DNA of 63,716 bases, counting the filler, from Olpidium bornovanus S191 (Eukaryota; Fungi; Olpidiomycota), in NCBI GenBank assembly GCA_017911155.1. It is 25 parts of 25 records of this genome, joined end to end, with 100 filler letters (N's around TTAATTAATTAA, not from the genome) between each part and the next. Parts side by side here need not be neighbours in the genome. Positions count along the whole stretch, not along the records: positions 32,449 to 37,113 come from JAEFCI010002357.1; positions 37,214 to 39,262 come from JAEFCI010008058.1; positions 39,363 to 41,167 come from JAEFCI010006386.1; positions 41,268 to 42,479 come from JAEFCI010001922.1; positions 42,580 to 44,140 come from JAEFCI010010532.1; positions 44,241 to 45,794 come from JAEFCI010011047.1; positions 45,895 to 47,022 come from JAEFCI010012478.1; 18 more parts are not named here. One strand, 5' to 3'. Position 1 is the stretch's first letter. Every line of letters starts with the position of its first letter. The translations under genes and the position numbers were made by a program. Positions 35,500 through 47,122 of the stretch are shown one piece after another. The notes under the pieces are model-generated. The model saw only the letters and a list, made by a program, of their open reading frames with translations. It had not been told where the DNA came from and ran no database searches.

Positions 35500-37113
35500 T
35501 CAATGACAGTGAGACCGAGGGCCGAAACGGTTGACGCGATGGGCGACGTTGGGGTGCGTCACCTGGTTATCCAGATGCGCACCTCGGAGATTCGGGGAGC
35601 GATACAAGCATTTGTCGCTGCGGAAGGGCGCTTCGACCGACGTAACGTTACAGAGTACCTACGGCGGTTCGAATAGGCTATGAAGCCGCTTCGCTTGGCG
35701 GACGCGGACGTCGCGCCGCAGTTCGATCTGACGGTACACGAAGATTTTGACGAACAGGAATGGGGATGACAAGGGTGCGGGCGAAGGAGAGGCTGCGCAA
35801 AGCCTTCCGGCGGTTCGACGAGACGCGGGTGACGGTCGAACGCTTCGTGGCATGGATCGACAGGTCCAAGGACCAGGAGGATCCTGATGACATTTTACGG
35901 GGGTTCGACCGGCGGTACGGTGACCTCGACGCAACTGAGCGTGCTTATTTTGCGGAGAAAACAGTGTGGCTGTTACGCGCGATGCCGACGGCGATCCGGA
36001 GCGAGGCAGCCAAGACCTTGAGGGAGGGGGATGCCCTGACAGCAGACTGGCTACGGGTCTCGGAGATGATCCGGAATATGGCAAAAGTAACTCGGGTCGT
36101 CCGACAGGTCGAAGAAGCGCCCAGGCAGTCCGTGGTCGAAGTTGCTGCGAACGTAGCGAGACTATCCAGCGACGCGTCGGCGTTCTCAACTGGGCCTCGC
36201 CGAGGGGAAGTAAGTGACTTATGTGACTGATTGGCGCGACTTTCGCTCAATTTCATCGCTGCGATCAAACGGATGCAGTCCGCCGCCGGGCCGATGGTGT
36301 CGACGACGTCGAGTCGGGCTCGCTGGGGGCCCGGCCCGCCTCCTCCGACGGGAGGGCAAGGGGCTCGTTAGGCCCGAGTCTGCATGTGGTGCGATCGGGA
36401 GGGCTTCATCCGTCGTGACTGCACGGATCTGCGGCAGACTATCGACCGGGGAGAAGTGCGAATCGACGACCGCGGCCTTGTTTGCCGGCCGGATTCTCGA
36501 CCGTTCCCGGTCGTTCGCCCGGGCACCGAGGGGATGCGGGCGGTACTACTGGCCGAGCGAGACCAGGGAGCGTCGGCGAGCGTTGGCGGAAACAGTGCCA
36601 TTTGCCTCGGGGGGCCCAAAGTTGGCGTCCGCGTACAGACGGTGACGGTCGACGAGAAGCGAGCGAGGCTGGTCGGCAACGATGCAGCTGCTTCGAAGCG
36701 ACCACGGCAGGGGGCACGCGTGGTCACCTAGGGCAAGGGTCACCAGGCGAACGGGGGCGAACGTCCGCCTCCAGGATTCTGGGAGCCTGCGAGTGCCATT
36801 GGAAAGGGAAGTGCGTCGAAGCCGCCTCCTGCGTCGGGTGAGAGCGATGCTGTTGGAGTCGCAGGCGTCTCGGCCTCGACCGAGAAGAACAAGTCGGCGA
36901 AACCGGTGTCAAGCTCAAAAGCCGCGATTCGGCGTGTTCGAGACGACGGGGAAAAGAAGGCAGGTGAGTGGAGTCGAACCCGCCGAGGGCTATTCGAGCT
37001 AGGGGCCGGCTTCGTCGAGGCACGCTTTGGCTTCGGAATAGCTCAAGGACCGAACTCCGGGCTTCGCACTTCGAACTGGGAAGGGGGGGGGGCACCGACG
37101 TGCAACCACGATA
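35500..37113 (+). pseudogene. Degenerate Ty3/Gypsy-like gag region with stops, frameshifts and a mutated zinc knuckle
   Basis: GRFDRRNVTEYLRRFE* capsid start, ORF 35760-36230, and knuckle CMWCDREGFIRRDC (His replaced by Phe) at about 36381. Truncated by the contig end. Confidence 0.72.
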
Positions 37114-37447
37114 NNNNNNNNNNNNNNNNNNNNNNNNNNNNNNNNNNNNNNNNNNNNTTAATTAATTAANNNNNNNNNNNNNNNNNNNNNNNNNNNNNNN
37201 NNNNNNNNNNNNNCATGAAGTCACGAGACATTTACACAAATTTCGATAACCGCCAACAAAAAAAAAACGCGGAAAAAAAACCTGGTTAATATGCGCTGTA
37301 GTAGACAATTCAGCTCTCATCTTCGTTACTTCAAAATCCGAATGGGTGACCGCTTTTGTCGGTCCTGGCGTTGAAGGATTGAAGCGGGGGTGATCGGAAC
37401 AAGACGGTGGATAGACTTTCGTTTTAAATGACTAATGGAGTACGTAC

Positions 37448-38156
37448 AGAGTTCAGTGACTTTCGCCAACTCATCTATCGCAAAGGCGGTGCCACCTGTA
37501 AACCCCGCCTTTTGGCAGACGCGGGTTACTGCTCTACTCAACGCGTTGTGGCAACCCCGACCGGAGGGCGTGTGCGCGTCACGGACGCAATGCATCCGCG
37601 CCGGCAGTCGGCGGCCGGCCGGCGCAGGAGCAGCTCCGCCAGGCGGCTGTGTGAAAGAAGAGGCGCCGAGCCGGCCACGAGGTCTGCCGCCGTCGCCCCC
37701 GCCTCCGCCCGGTGGCCCTTTCACTCGGGCCGGGCGGCGGAGTTCCGGGTTATCCGGCGCGCTACTCTTCGACTCGGCGGGCTGGGCGGCGGCGGGTACG
37801 GCAGCGGCGGCCTCCGCGGGCCCTCCGCCTCTTTGCGTTGTAATCCCCTGGTGAAGGGGCGGGGCCCGCCCCATCCAGCCGTTGTGTTCGGCCCGCTCGG
37901 GTCCGGCGCGCGCCCGCGCCTCGACATACGGCTTCGCGCCGCACGCGACAGACCGACACCGCTTCCGCAGCGACCCCTCGTCCCCGTCCTCCTCGCTGCA
38001 CCCGTCGTCCTTTCGCCGCTGCGTCTCCTGTGCGGCGGCGAAGGCGCCTCCTCCGCCCCCGCCCCCGCCCTGGTCTTCCCTCTGCCTTTTCTTCCGCCGC
38101 CGGCTCTCCTCCTCTGCTTCGTCCTCCCCCGCCCGTCCGCTGCTCCCGCCTTTCCC

Positions 38157-38195
<39 letters not shown>

Positions 38196-38300
38196 TGCTG
38201 CTCCTCGCGCAAAAGCTTCGCCCGCCCCCCCGACGGCGGGCGGCCCCATTGCACCTGCTCGCGGCGCGGCCGGCGGGTCGGCCATGTCTCCCTCCCGCAT
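37448..38300 (-). CDS. Bromodomain-associated (BTP) histone-fold protein, SPT7/TAF3/TAF8-like, 5' exon only
   Basis: Low-complexity N-terminus with poly-Ala, then CHNALSRAVTRVCQKAGFTGGTAFAIDELAKVTEL(Y) and a GTACGT donor at 37447. Confidence 0.65.
38158..38202. repeat. (CTG)n microsatellite encoding poly-Ala on the minus strand
   Basis: About 15 GCT/GTT units inside the BTP-protein exon. Confidence 0.9.
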
Positions 38301-38353
38301 GGGATGGACGCCGCTGCCCGTCCCGGACAGGCGGGGGCGGAGGGCGGGGAAAG

Positions 38354-38388
<35 letters not shown>

Positions 38389-39370
38389 GCACAGTACATG
38401 ATGCGACTTTTTCTTTTTCACACAAACGCTAACTTTCTCCTCCTCCCCACCCCCTTTCCGCCCCTTCCAACACACTCCCCGTCGCTACCTGTTGCTGTCA
38501 CACGCCTCTGGCCGTCTTCTCCTGCGAAACCCGAGCCTTTACGTTCCGCCCCGTCGCCCCCCGGTTTGTGGGTGGGCGGGGGGGGAAGGTGGGAAGGGGA
38601 AGGCGGAAAGGGGAAGGGGGGTGGAGACACCGTGGGGGATACTTCGCGGGCGCCGGCGCGCTTTGAGATTAGAAAACCTGCGCGGTGCTGGTCGAGTATA
38701 CCTGCTCCGGGCAGAAGACCCTTCTACACTTTTTCCCCGTTTATTACCTTTTCGGCAGTAGTAGCCGGCGTGGCTGTACCCTGTTCGCGGTTCATTAAGA
38801 CGCTACTCTCGCATGCGTGGATAGGGGGACGTCATTCCCTGCATTTGGCTATGCCTGGCAGGCAAACTCGGGTATACCTCGAAACTTTTGGACTAGGTGC
38901 CAGGCCAACTGCCGGGGTTACCGCATGGTCAGCAGGCGTCCTTTGCACACTGATCACTGCCGGCCAGTTTTTCCCAATGGCTCCACTCGCAAATTAAGTT
39001 ATCCTGTGGAAGCCATTTCTTTGACCGCCCCGAAAAGATCCCGTGCCGCCCGCCACCGTCCCCCTATAGTTTCTTTTTGTATTTCTTAAGTCGGCCAGCT
39101 GACGTCCGCTTACCCCGCGCGGCACAGACTCCTCAATGCAACCTATCTCCCCTTTGTTTTTTGTGCGGTTTCGGCCTAGATGGCCAGCCAATGAGTCTGG
39201 CGGATCTGCGATTTCTGCGAAATCTGCGAATTCCTTGAATCTGTCTGAATCCCGTAACCATGNNNNNNNNNNNNNNNNNNNNNNNNNNNNNNNNNNNNNN
39301 NNNNNNTTAATTAATTAANNNNNNNNNNNNNNNNNNNNNNNNNNNNNNNNNNNNNNNNNNNNCGGGGCGG

Positions 39371-39402
<32 letters not shown>

Positions 39403-39410
39403 CGCCGCAC

Positions 39411-39704
39411 CTTCGTTCCACCGCGGGGCCTTGTTCTTGAACAGAGTCACGCTGCCGTTGGAACTCGGCGACGTCATTTCCTCTACTATCCCGGAGACAA
39501 CGTCCGGCCCTTGGCCGACCGGGTGCAGCATGTCTTGGCGCAACCGACTCGTGGGAATGCCCACGACCATCTGCCTCGGCAGCGAATCTTTGCTCTGCGA
39601 GGTTTTTTTTATTTTTGTTGGTGGGGAAGGGCCAAATCGGGAAAAGGGGGTGGGAGGGTGATCGAGAAGGGGGCGGGGGAGGAGTTAACCCCTTGATTTT
39701 TTTT

Positions 39705-39743
<39 letters not shown>

Positions 39744-39767
39744 CCCGGCCGGCCCGGGTTTGGGGGG

Positions 39768-39834
<67 letters not shown>

Positions 39835-41167
39835 AACCCAGAGGGGCGGAAAGTTAAGGTTTTGCCCTTTTTTTTTTTTCCATTTTTTTTTTTTTTTGTT
39901 TTTTGCTCCGCCACCGCTCACGTAGATGAGTCCGGCGTGCTCCCGGAGGCCCTTGTCGGCCTTGCCGTGCTTGTACGCCCTGGCGTCGTACAGGACGAAG
40001 GTCGTCCCCTGGAAGTTCCCCCGCAGCTTGCCGACGTAGTTTTTGCTGTCCTTCGTCAGGTCGTCCGCGGACGTGCTGATGAGGTAATTCGCGCACTTGG
40101 ACTTCTTGCGCTTCCTCGCCGAGAGGAGGAACCTGTTGTCCGTCTCGTTGTAGACGTAGAACGTGGGGTGGGCCTTGCCGAGGATGATGGAGTTTTTGCG
40201 GAACACCTTGCAGAGCAGGACCTCGCCCTCGGGCACCCTCCGGAAGATGTCCCCGAGGACGGAGGGCCTGGCCGCGCTCGGCGGCCGGAGGGGGGCGGCG
40301 GGGCCGGCGGGGCCGGCGGCCGCGGCCGCCGGGCGCGCGCGGTCGCCGGCCCCGGCGAACGCGTCGGGCGCGACGGGCGGCTGCGCGGCCGCCGCCGGGG
40401 ATTCGTCGCCGCCGCCGGATTCCAGGGTGCCGCGCAACGTCACGAGGCTGGCCTTCAAGTCGCTGCCGGACTCCAGGCCCGGGGAGGCGGCTTCGGTCTT
40501 CATCGCCTCGGCGGCGGCGGCGGCGCCGTCGAAAACCGGCGGGGGGTTCTGGTGCGGGGGCGCGGCGCACCGCTCGGCGCCGTCCAGCTTCTCCTCCGAG
40601 GCCGCTTTCGACGAGGAGGCGGACCCTTTGCCCCCCGGGCCCGAGACGGCCACGGCCGTGGACGCGCTGTCCGGCCGCGCGGGGCTCGGCCCCGCGGGAT
40701 GCTGCTGCTGCTGCCCGGCCGCCGCGCCGGTCGGCCACCCGGATCCCGCCGCCCTCATCGCCTCCAGCTCCCGCCGGCGGGCCATGAAATCCGCGAACGC
40801 GTCCGTCGCCGCCGTCGCCGCCGCCGCCCCCGGCGGCCCGCCCCCCGCGCCAGCGAACGAGGCCGAGAGCGGGCGGACCACCGTCGGCGAGGCCGGCCGC
40901 GGGCCCGAGATGGCCGCCGCCGCGGTCTCGGCGAACTGCCGCGCCTGCGCGGCGCCGAACGACGCCGACGGCGAGATCGGGGCGTCCGCCTGCATGATCC
41001 GCCCCGTGAACGACATGCGCTCCCGCCGCCGCTGCTCCGCGAGCCGCATGGGATCCGCCGCCGAGCCCGCCGACCTCGGCCTCGCAGCACCTCCCGCCGT
41101 GGTCGCGGCCCTCAACTTCGCCGCCGCCGGCGGCTGGTCCGGTCCGGCGCTCAGCGACTCCTTTTCC
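39411..41167 (-). CDS. Tubby-domain protein (TUB/TULP-like), internal fragment truncated at both ends
   Basis: VLLCKVFRK...PTFYVY...FLLSARKRKKSKCANYLISTSADDLTKDSKNYVGKLRGNFQGTTFVLYD, and a later exon LPRQMVVGIP...TLFKNKAPRWNE, are typical Tubby C-terminal domain motifs. Confidence 0.9.
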
Positions 41168-42636
41168 NNNNNNNNNNNNNNNNNNNNNNNNNNNNNNNNN
41201 NNNNNNNNNNNTTAATTAATTAANNNNNNNNNNNNNNNNNNNNNNNNNNNNNNNNNNNNNNNNNNNNCATGCTGGTCGATGAGGTCAGTGATCTCCAGCA
41301 ACTTTGCGCAGCAGGACTTTGCAGATCCTTTGTCTGGAACAAAAAAAAATGCGAACGCAATGATTCTCGTCACCACCGCCTCCTTCTTTTCCTCTGGAAC
41401 TACTGCATCGCCCGCTTTTTTAATTTGCCCAACTGTGCCGCGGGCTGATGTCGTCTCCACCAGCAACCGCTTCGCTTTGCCGAGAGTTGCAACAACCAAA
41501 AAATGTTGAAAGGGTCAGATATTTAAAATGCCGCGGTCGGATTTTCTTTTGCGCGGCGGCGAGAATGGAAAAAAAAAATGGGGAAGGGGTGGAAGGGGGA
41601 GGGGGTGATCTGTTTGAGGGTCGTCCGCCTTTTATACCCGGCGGTCGGACTTATTGGGGCGTACGTGGGGTGTTCTTTGGCAACCGAACCGCGCGCGCGC
41701 TTTGCTCCCGACGCCGCCCTTGTTTCGGAACCGGCGCGGCGGCGCTTTCGGGGCCACGTGATCAGACAGCACTTTTTTGCGCGGACGGGAAACTCCCGCT
41801 CTCGCGCGTGGTCCGGAGATGGGACGAGCAGAGATAGCCTCGCAGAACCGCTTCTCTTTCCAGGCCTGCGGGAATCGCGGGAATTGGGCGGGACCCAATC
41901 CGGGTTTCGCCCTCCTGCGGCCCCCCGCTCTCCTGCTTTGGGTTAACTTTGGGCGCGCGTGGCACAAACCGGACGGACCTGGCGGGGCGGGCGGCTCATT
42001 TCAGTTTTTTTATGCTTTTTTTGTCTCTCGCTTTTTTGGTTAGCCGGAGGGAGGGGAGGGGGGAGGAAAGCACCAGGCTCTTCCCGTTCCCGTTTTCCCC
42101 CGGGAGCTGCTTTCCCGAGAGGGGGGGGGGGGGGTCTCCTGTCGCTTCCGGAAACCCTCGAAAAAAAAAAGCCCGCGGCGGCCCGCGAGGAGGAAAAAAA
42201 GAGGTCGGGGAAATTTTCCTTTTTTCTGACCTTTTGGCGCGGAGTTCGGGGTTCGGGAGGGTTTTGCCTCGTTCGCTCCAGGTTCCGGAAAATTCCGCCC
42301 TGCGTGAAGAGGGGGGGGGGGGGAAGGGGAGGGAAAAGGGAGGTGGCCGGCGCGCGGCCCTTTTTGCGAGGGGCCGTTTCGCCGCCGCCCGGCGGGGAAA
42401 CACCGGAGAGACACCCCCCCCCCCCGTTTTGAAGTTTTCGGCCGCGCCCGGGGGCCGCCCGCCGTTTCCTGCTCAGGAANNNNNNNNNNNNNNNNNNNNN
42501 NNNNNNNNNNNNNNNNNNNNNNNTTAATTAATTAANNNNNNNNNNNNNNNNNNNNNNNNNNNNNNNNNNNNNNNNNNNNAACCCTTATTCTGTGGCCCTG
42601 GATCGTAGAATTGACTATCTCAGCAAAAAAAATAAT

Positions 42637-44088
42637 CTACAATAAAAGTCTAAAGAGCTCCGTTTTAACACAGGGCCAGAACGGCACCCTCAGACGCATG
42701 GGAGTCGACGCGGAGCCGGGGAACCAGCCCCCGCCCGGGCGTCCCGAGGTAGTCGCCGCGGCGGCGGCGGCGGCGGCTGCCGCCGCCTGCCAGTTGAAAC
42801 CGCTCGCGGCCATCCGCTGGTAGTATGCCATCAGCGCGGCGGGGTTGTAGATGCCCTGGTAGGCGGCCGCCGCCGCGCCCGGGAACCCGTAGAACGCCGC
42901 CGCCGCCCCGGGCGCGGGCGCCACGGGAGAGGACGAGGAGGCGGCGGCGGCGTTGGCCGCCGCGCCGTACATCTGCGCCATCCAGCTCTTCGCCGCCGCG
43001 GCCCCCGCCGTTCCGCTCATTCCCATCACCCCGCCCGGGCCGCCGTACATCGCCGCCGCGGCCGGGTTGCCCGCCGCGTACGCCGGACGGCCCGTCGGAA
43101 CGTTCTCCGGGACGCCGAGCTTGGCCACTGCCGACGACGTGCGCGAGTCGGAGACGAACGTCGGGATCGTGGAGCTGCCGGCGCCGCCGCCGTACGTCGG
43201 GTTGGACATTTCCCGCGCCTGCTTCGCCTGCAGGGCCTTGTGCTTCGGCATGGCCCGCCTGACTTCGACCTGGCGCGCGGAAAATCGGTACCGGAGTTGA
43301 CGGAAGGAGAAAATAAAAAAAGGTCAATCGCAAAAAAAAATGCAGCGGGAACATGGAAAACGCGGGACGAGAATGGCGACGAGAAGGTTCCCTTTCCCCT
43401 TTCCCCCCCCCATCCATCCCAACTCCGAACACACAGTTTTGCCCTTTATCGTCAGGTCTCGCCTCGCCGCGAGTTCCTCGACCATGGCGTCGTTTTCGAA
43501 CGTCACGAAGCCGAACCCTCTTGGGCGGCCCGTATCCCGGTCGACCATGAGCGTAGTGTCGATGACCTTCCCGAACTGGTTGAAAAACGCGGTGAGCTCT
43601 TCCTCGGAGACGTCCGGGGAGATGCCGCCCACAAAAATCTTTTCCGTGAGCACTTGCTCTTCGCGAGGGATGGCTCTCTTCGGGTCGACCTGACCAACAA
43701 AAAACAAAAAAAAAAATCGGAGCGGGATTAACAAGTTTATTCGGAATCGAAAGCAGCTCGCGGAGGGGGCGCGTTAACGCTCCTGGAAAATAAAAAGGAA
43801 GTTCCACAGGGTCCCTTTGCCCGGAGGCGGTCATAGGAGCCCCCATGCCAGCACACACGTGGGCGGGGGAGGGGGAGGGGCGGAGCACGCCAGACATGCG
43901 AGCGCTCATCGGACCGCAGCATACCCTTTTCCCGTCAAGAACGTGTTCCGCCGCGAGCATTGACGGCACGACGTCGGGATTTGCGTACGTCAGGAAACCA
44001 AAGCCCCGCGACTTGAACGTCACGGGTTCTTTCATCACGGAGCAGTCCAGGACTTCACCCCACTTGGAGAAATGGGCTCGCATGGATT
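42637..44088 (-). CDS. HRP1: Tandem-RRM RNA-binding protein (HRP1/Musashi/hnRNP A-like), 5'-truncated, 3' end uncertain
   Basis: RRM1 FSKWGEVLDCSVMKEPVTFKSRGFGFLTY, linker DPKRAIPREEQ, RRM2 EKIFVGGISPDV...GRPRGFGFVTFE|VEVRRA, and a G/A/Y/M-rich tail. Confidence 0.8.
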
Positions 44089-44379
44089 CTAGATTGAAGC
44101 GGACGCAGACCAATGACAAGGAGGCGGTTTGAAGCGGGGGNNNNNNNNNNNNNNNNNNNNNNNNNNNNNNNNNNNNNNNNNNNNTTAATTAATTAANNNN
44201 NNNNNNNNNNNNNNNNNNNNNNNNNNNNNNNNNNNNNNNNCATGTTAGTCAGAACACCGAACCAAGCCTTGTTAGTCAGAGCACCGACGGGGACTTTTCT
44301 CGGGCAGCCGGACGCGTGATGATGGATCCCCAGGACGGAGAAAGAAGCGGCAGGGCGTCCAATTAATTCGACCAGCAAG

Positions 44380-44698
44380 GTTTACGCCCAGCAACGGGGT
44401 CCTCCACACCTTGTGGACAATAAATACTCTTGGGTAATGTAGTCGATCTTCTGGCGAAGGAAGGACTGCTTTCGCGGGACCTCCAGGTTGCGCAACGCCC
44501 CTGCAACGGCGGCAGTCGGGGAACAGCACAGGCGCGGAGAAGCAGGTTCTTCGCAACCGGGGTCGTCGGCGGGCGCGACGGCCTCATACAGCTTTTCGTA
44601 TTGGAGGGTATCTAGGTAGAAGTCTAAGTTCTCGTCGCTGTGCTCCCTCACGAGGAAGGTTCTGAAGTCGGCTAACGAGTACGGTCGCGGTGTCCGAT
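44380..44698 (-). CDS. RGS-domain protein exon (fungal Rax1-like RGS type), fragment
   Basis: PYSLADFRTFLVREHSDENLDFYLDTLQYEKLY...IDYITQEYL matches the F..FL..E.S.ENL.F RGS signature, preceded by a CAG acceptor. Confidence 0.75.
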
Positions 44699-44736
44699 CT
44701 GCCCGGGAAACGCGCGAACGGAGCGCCAGGGGATTT

Positions 44737-44770
44737 TTGTTGTTGTTGTTGTTGTTGTTGTTGTTTTTGT
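44737..44770. repeat. (TTG)n microsatellite
   Basis: Direct reading. Confidence 0.9.
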
Positions 44771-46014
44771 TGTTATTTTTTGGGTATCAAAACCGAACGG
44801 GGAGGTGGTTAACCCAAACACAACACACTGCGATCGCACCCACAAAAGAGCACGCCCCAGCCCGCCTTACTGGCAAGAACGTCGTCCATTGTGACCTGCC
44901 TGTCTGCAACACCGGCGCTCAGCGAGAACATCACCGGCGGCCTTTTGGAAGCCGGAAGGACGGCGAACCCTCCAAGCAGTCGTCGTTAGGCCGGTGATCG
45001 TGCGCTCCCTTGCCCTGCACGCAGGTTCGCCCCCGCCGGCCGAGCGCGACGCAGGTTTTTTCCGGGCACTTTCGTTTTCCGAGTTCGCAGGTTTCGGCCC
45101 CGATCCCGAAGCGGAGGTCGGTTTGGTCGATCGAAGCGGCCCCGACTGAACGACGCGTTGAGGCCCGGGAAGCAAAAAAAAAAAAAAAAACCCCGTGCGC
45201 TCCCGACGACTTTTCTTTCGCTCGAGAGGCAGCAAAGACGCGCCGCCCCCAGGGGGCGCCAAAGGAGCACCGGGTGGGGCCGAGAAGGTCTTTCCCGAGC
45301 GGCTTGGCAACAGTCTCGGTGGCCCCACCCCCGCCCGGACGACAGACCAAACGTTTGGGGACCCCGGGAGGGAGAGGGGTCGGCGGAGGGGAGAAGAAGG
45401 GGGAAAGGGTCCTCCGGTTCGCTCGGGGCTGCGCGACGTCCAGCAAGGGAGGCGCCCCCCCCCCCCCCCAAGGCGGCGAGGGCGAGCAACGCGGCTTGGT
45501 CGCGTTGGCGCGGGGCGCGGTCAGACCGGGACCCTCGTATTTTTTTTTATTTTAAAGCTTTTTCTCTTGCTCTTGTCTTCTTCCTCCTCTTCAGCTACGA
45601 GTGGGTGACCGCGTGCAGTTTTCCCGTTTTTTTGTTTTTTTTTTTTTTTTTTTTTTTCCGTTCGCTTTCCTCCCATGCAAATCTTCTCGCATCGTCTTTT
45701 GACGGGCACATCTTTTCTTGGCTCGAAGGGCAAGGGACAGGTGTGGAAAATGCAAAGTACGTGGGGAATGTCCTGTTATTATTATTATTAATGGNNNNNN
45801 NNNNNNNNNNNNNNNNNNNNNNNNNNNNNNNNNNNNNNTTAATTAATTAANNNNNNNNNNNNNNNNNNNNNNNNNNNNNNNNNNNNNNNNNNNNCATGTA
45901 TTTTTGGTAGGTTTTGCCAATACGGACCGGGGAAGTACCGGGCTATATCAACAGCCTGCACTGCCGGCTTTTCCTCAACTGGCCGCAAGGTTTAGGCATT
46001 AGCTCAAGAAAGCA

Positions 46015-46032
46015 AACCCTAACCCTAACCCT
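46015..46032. repeat. Short interstitial telomere-type repeat (AACCCT)3
   Basis: AAACCCTAACCCTAACCCT, the reverse complement of TTAGGG repeats. Confidence 0.7.
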
Positions 46033-46380
46033 CCCCTCTACTTCAAAAAAAGGACGAAGCAAAATGCGGGCGATCATTCGCAGGGTCAAATCTGCCTAAA
46101 AGAGGCTCCAACGTCGCAGAGGCCAGGGCCCGAAGCGTAACCCTACGCGTGAGGCAATATCTAGAATCAGCTGCCTGCCGATCTCCTCCAGCTTGCTGCT
46201 TCTACCGGTTCCGATCCGAGCAAAAAAGTCGTTCTGCCTGTTGCTGGTCCTCTCGCGTATTAAGCCTCGATCTTGCCTGCGACTGACAAATCCCCACCCA
46301 CTTCCCCCTTTCCATTTCTCCCTGCCTTGCTTTGCCCTAGCACGATTCCTGCCTCACACACGGTTTTTTCTTAGAGAACG

Positions 46381-47022
46381 ATGTTTGCGAACACTGCGCG
46401 CCCTTGTCGGCGGCTGCCCGCGCTGCATAGAAGACTGTTCCTCGGGGCCAATCTTCTTCGCGGATCCGCCAATTCGACGGCCCCGCAAGTTCGCGGCCCC
46501 TCCAGCACAGAGGACAACGGCGTATACAGCTGCCCCGGTCGCCGCGCGGGCGCCCCCGACGAAGGCGGGTTGGTGCCGACAAACGACACTCGCCGCATAA
46601 AACAAAGAAGCAATCGGCAGTGGAGCAATGCGGACGTCGGCCGCTTGCTCGATTCTTACTGGACCAAGCAACGCGATCCACAAGCTTTCGCCTGGCGCGA
46701 TTTCTCGCTAATAATTGACCGGTCTGTGTCAGCCTGCAGCGCAAAGATCGGAACCCTTTTGGGCCGGAGAGCCTCCTGGAAAATTGCTGAGCTGAAGTCT
46801 CTTCGTGACGCAGTCGCAGACGCCGGCGGCCGACACGGAGCTCAGCTGGACTGGGCGGCAGTATCAGCGGTCGTCGGCAGATGTCCCAACGCGTGTGCCA
46901 CCATGGCAGCCCGACTTGCCTTGCGGACTTCCTCATCTTATCTGCCGTGGACCGACGATGTCACTCAGCGCCTCATTACAACAGTCGAATGCCGCCTGGC
47001 GGAGTCTGGTAAAGCGTGCTGG
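46381..47022 (+). CDS. Myb/SANT-repeat protein with an Arg-rich presequence-like N-terminus, 3'-truncated
   Basis: Repeats WSNADVGRLLDSYW...FAWRDFSLIIDRSVSAC, WKIAELKSLRDAV...LDWAAVSAVVGRCPNAC and WTDDVTQRLITTV...ACW. Open frame from ATG 46381 to the contig end. Confidence 0.72.
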
Positions 47023-47122
47023 NNNNNNNNNNNNNNNNNNNNNNNNNNNNNNNNNNNNNNNNNNNNTTAATTAATTAANNNNNNNNNNNNNNNNNNNNNN
47101 NNNNNNNNNNNNNNNNNNNNNN

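Noticed and set aside
39703-41223. 506-aa and 350-aa plus-strand ORFs
   Set aside because: They are antisense shadows of the GC-rich Tubby exon and start in homopolymer-derived sequence.
41268-42479. Short minus-strand frame ...KLLEITDLIDQH as an identifiable gene
   Set aside because: It is possibly coding, but I recognise no family motif and the splice phase is ambiguous.
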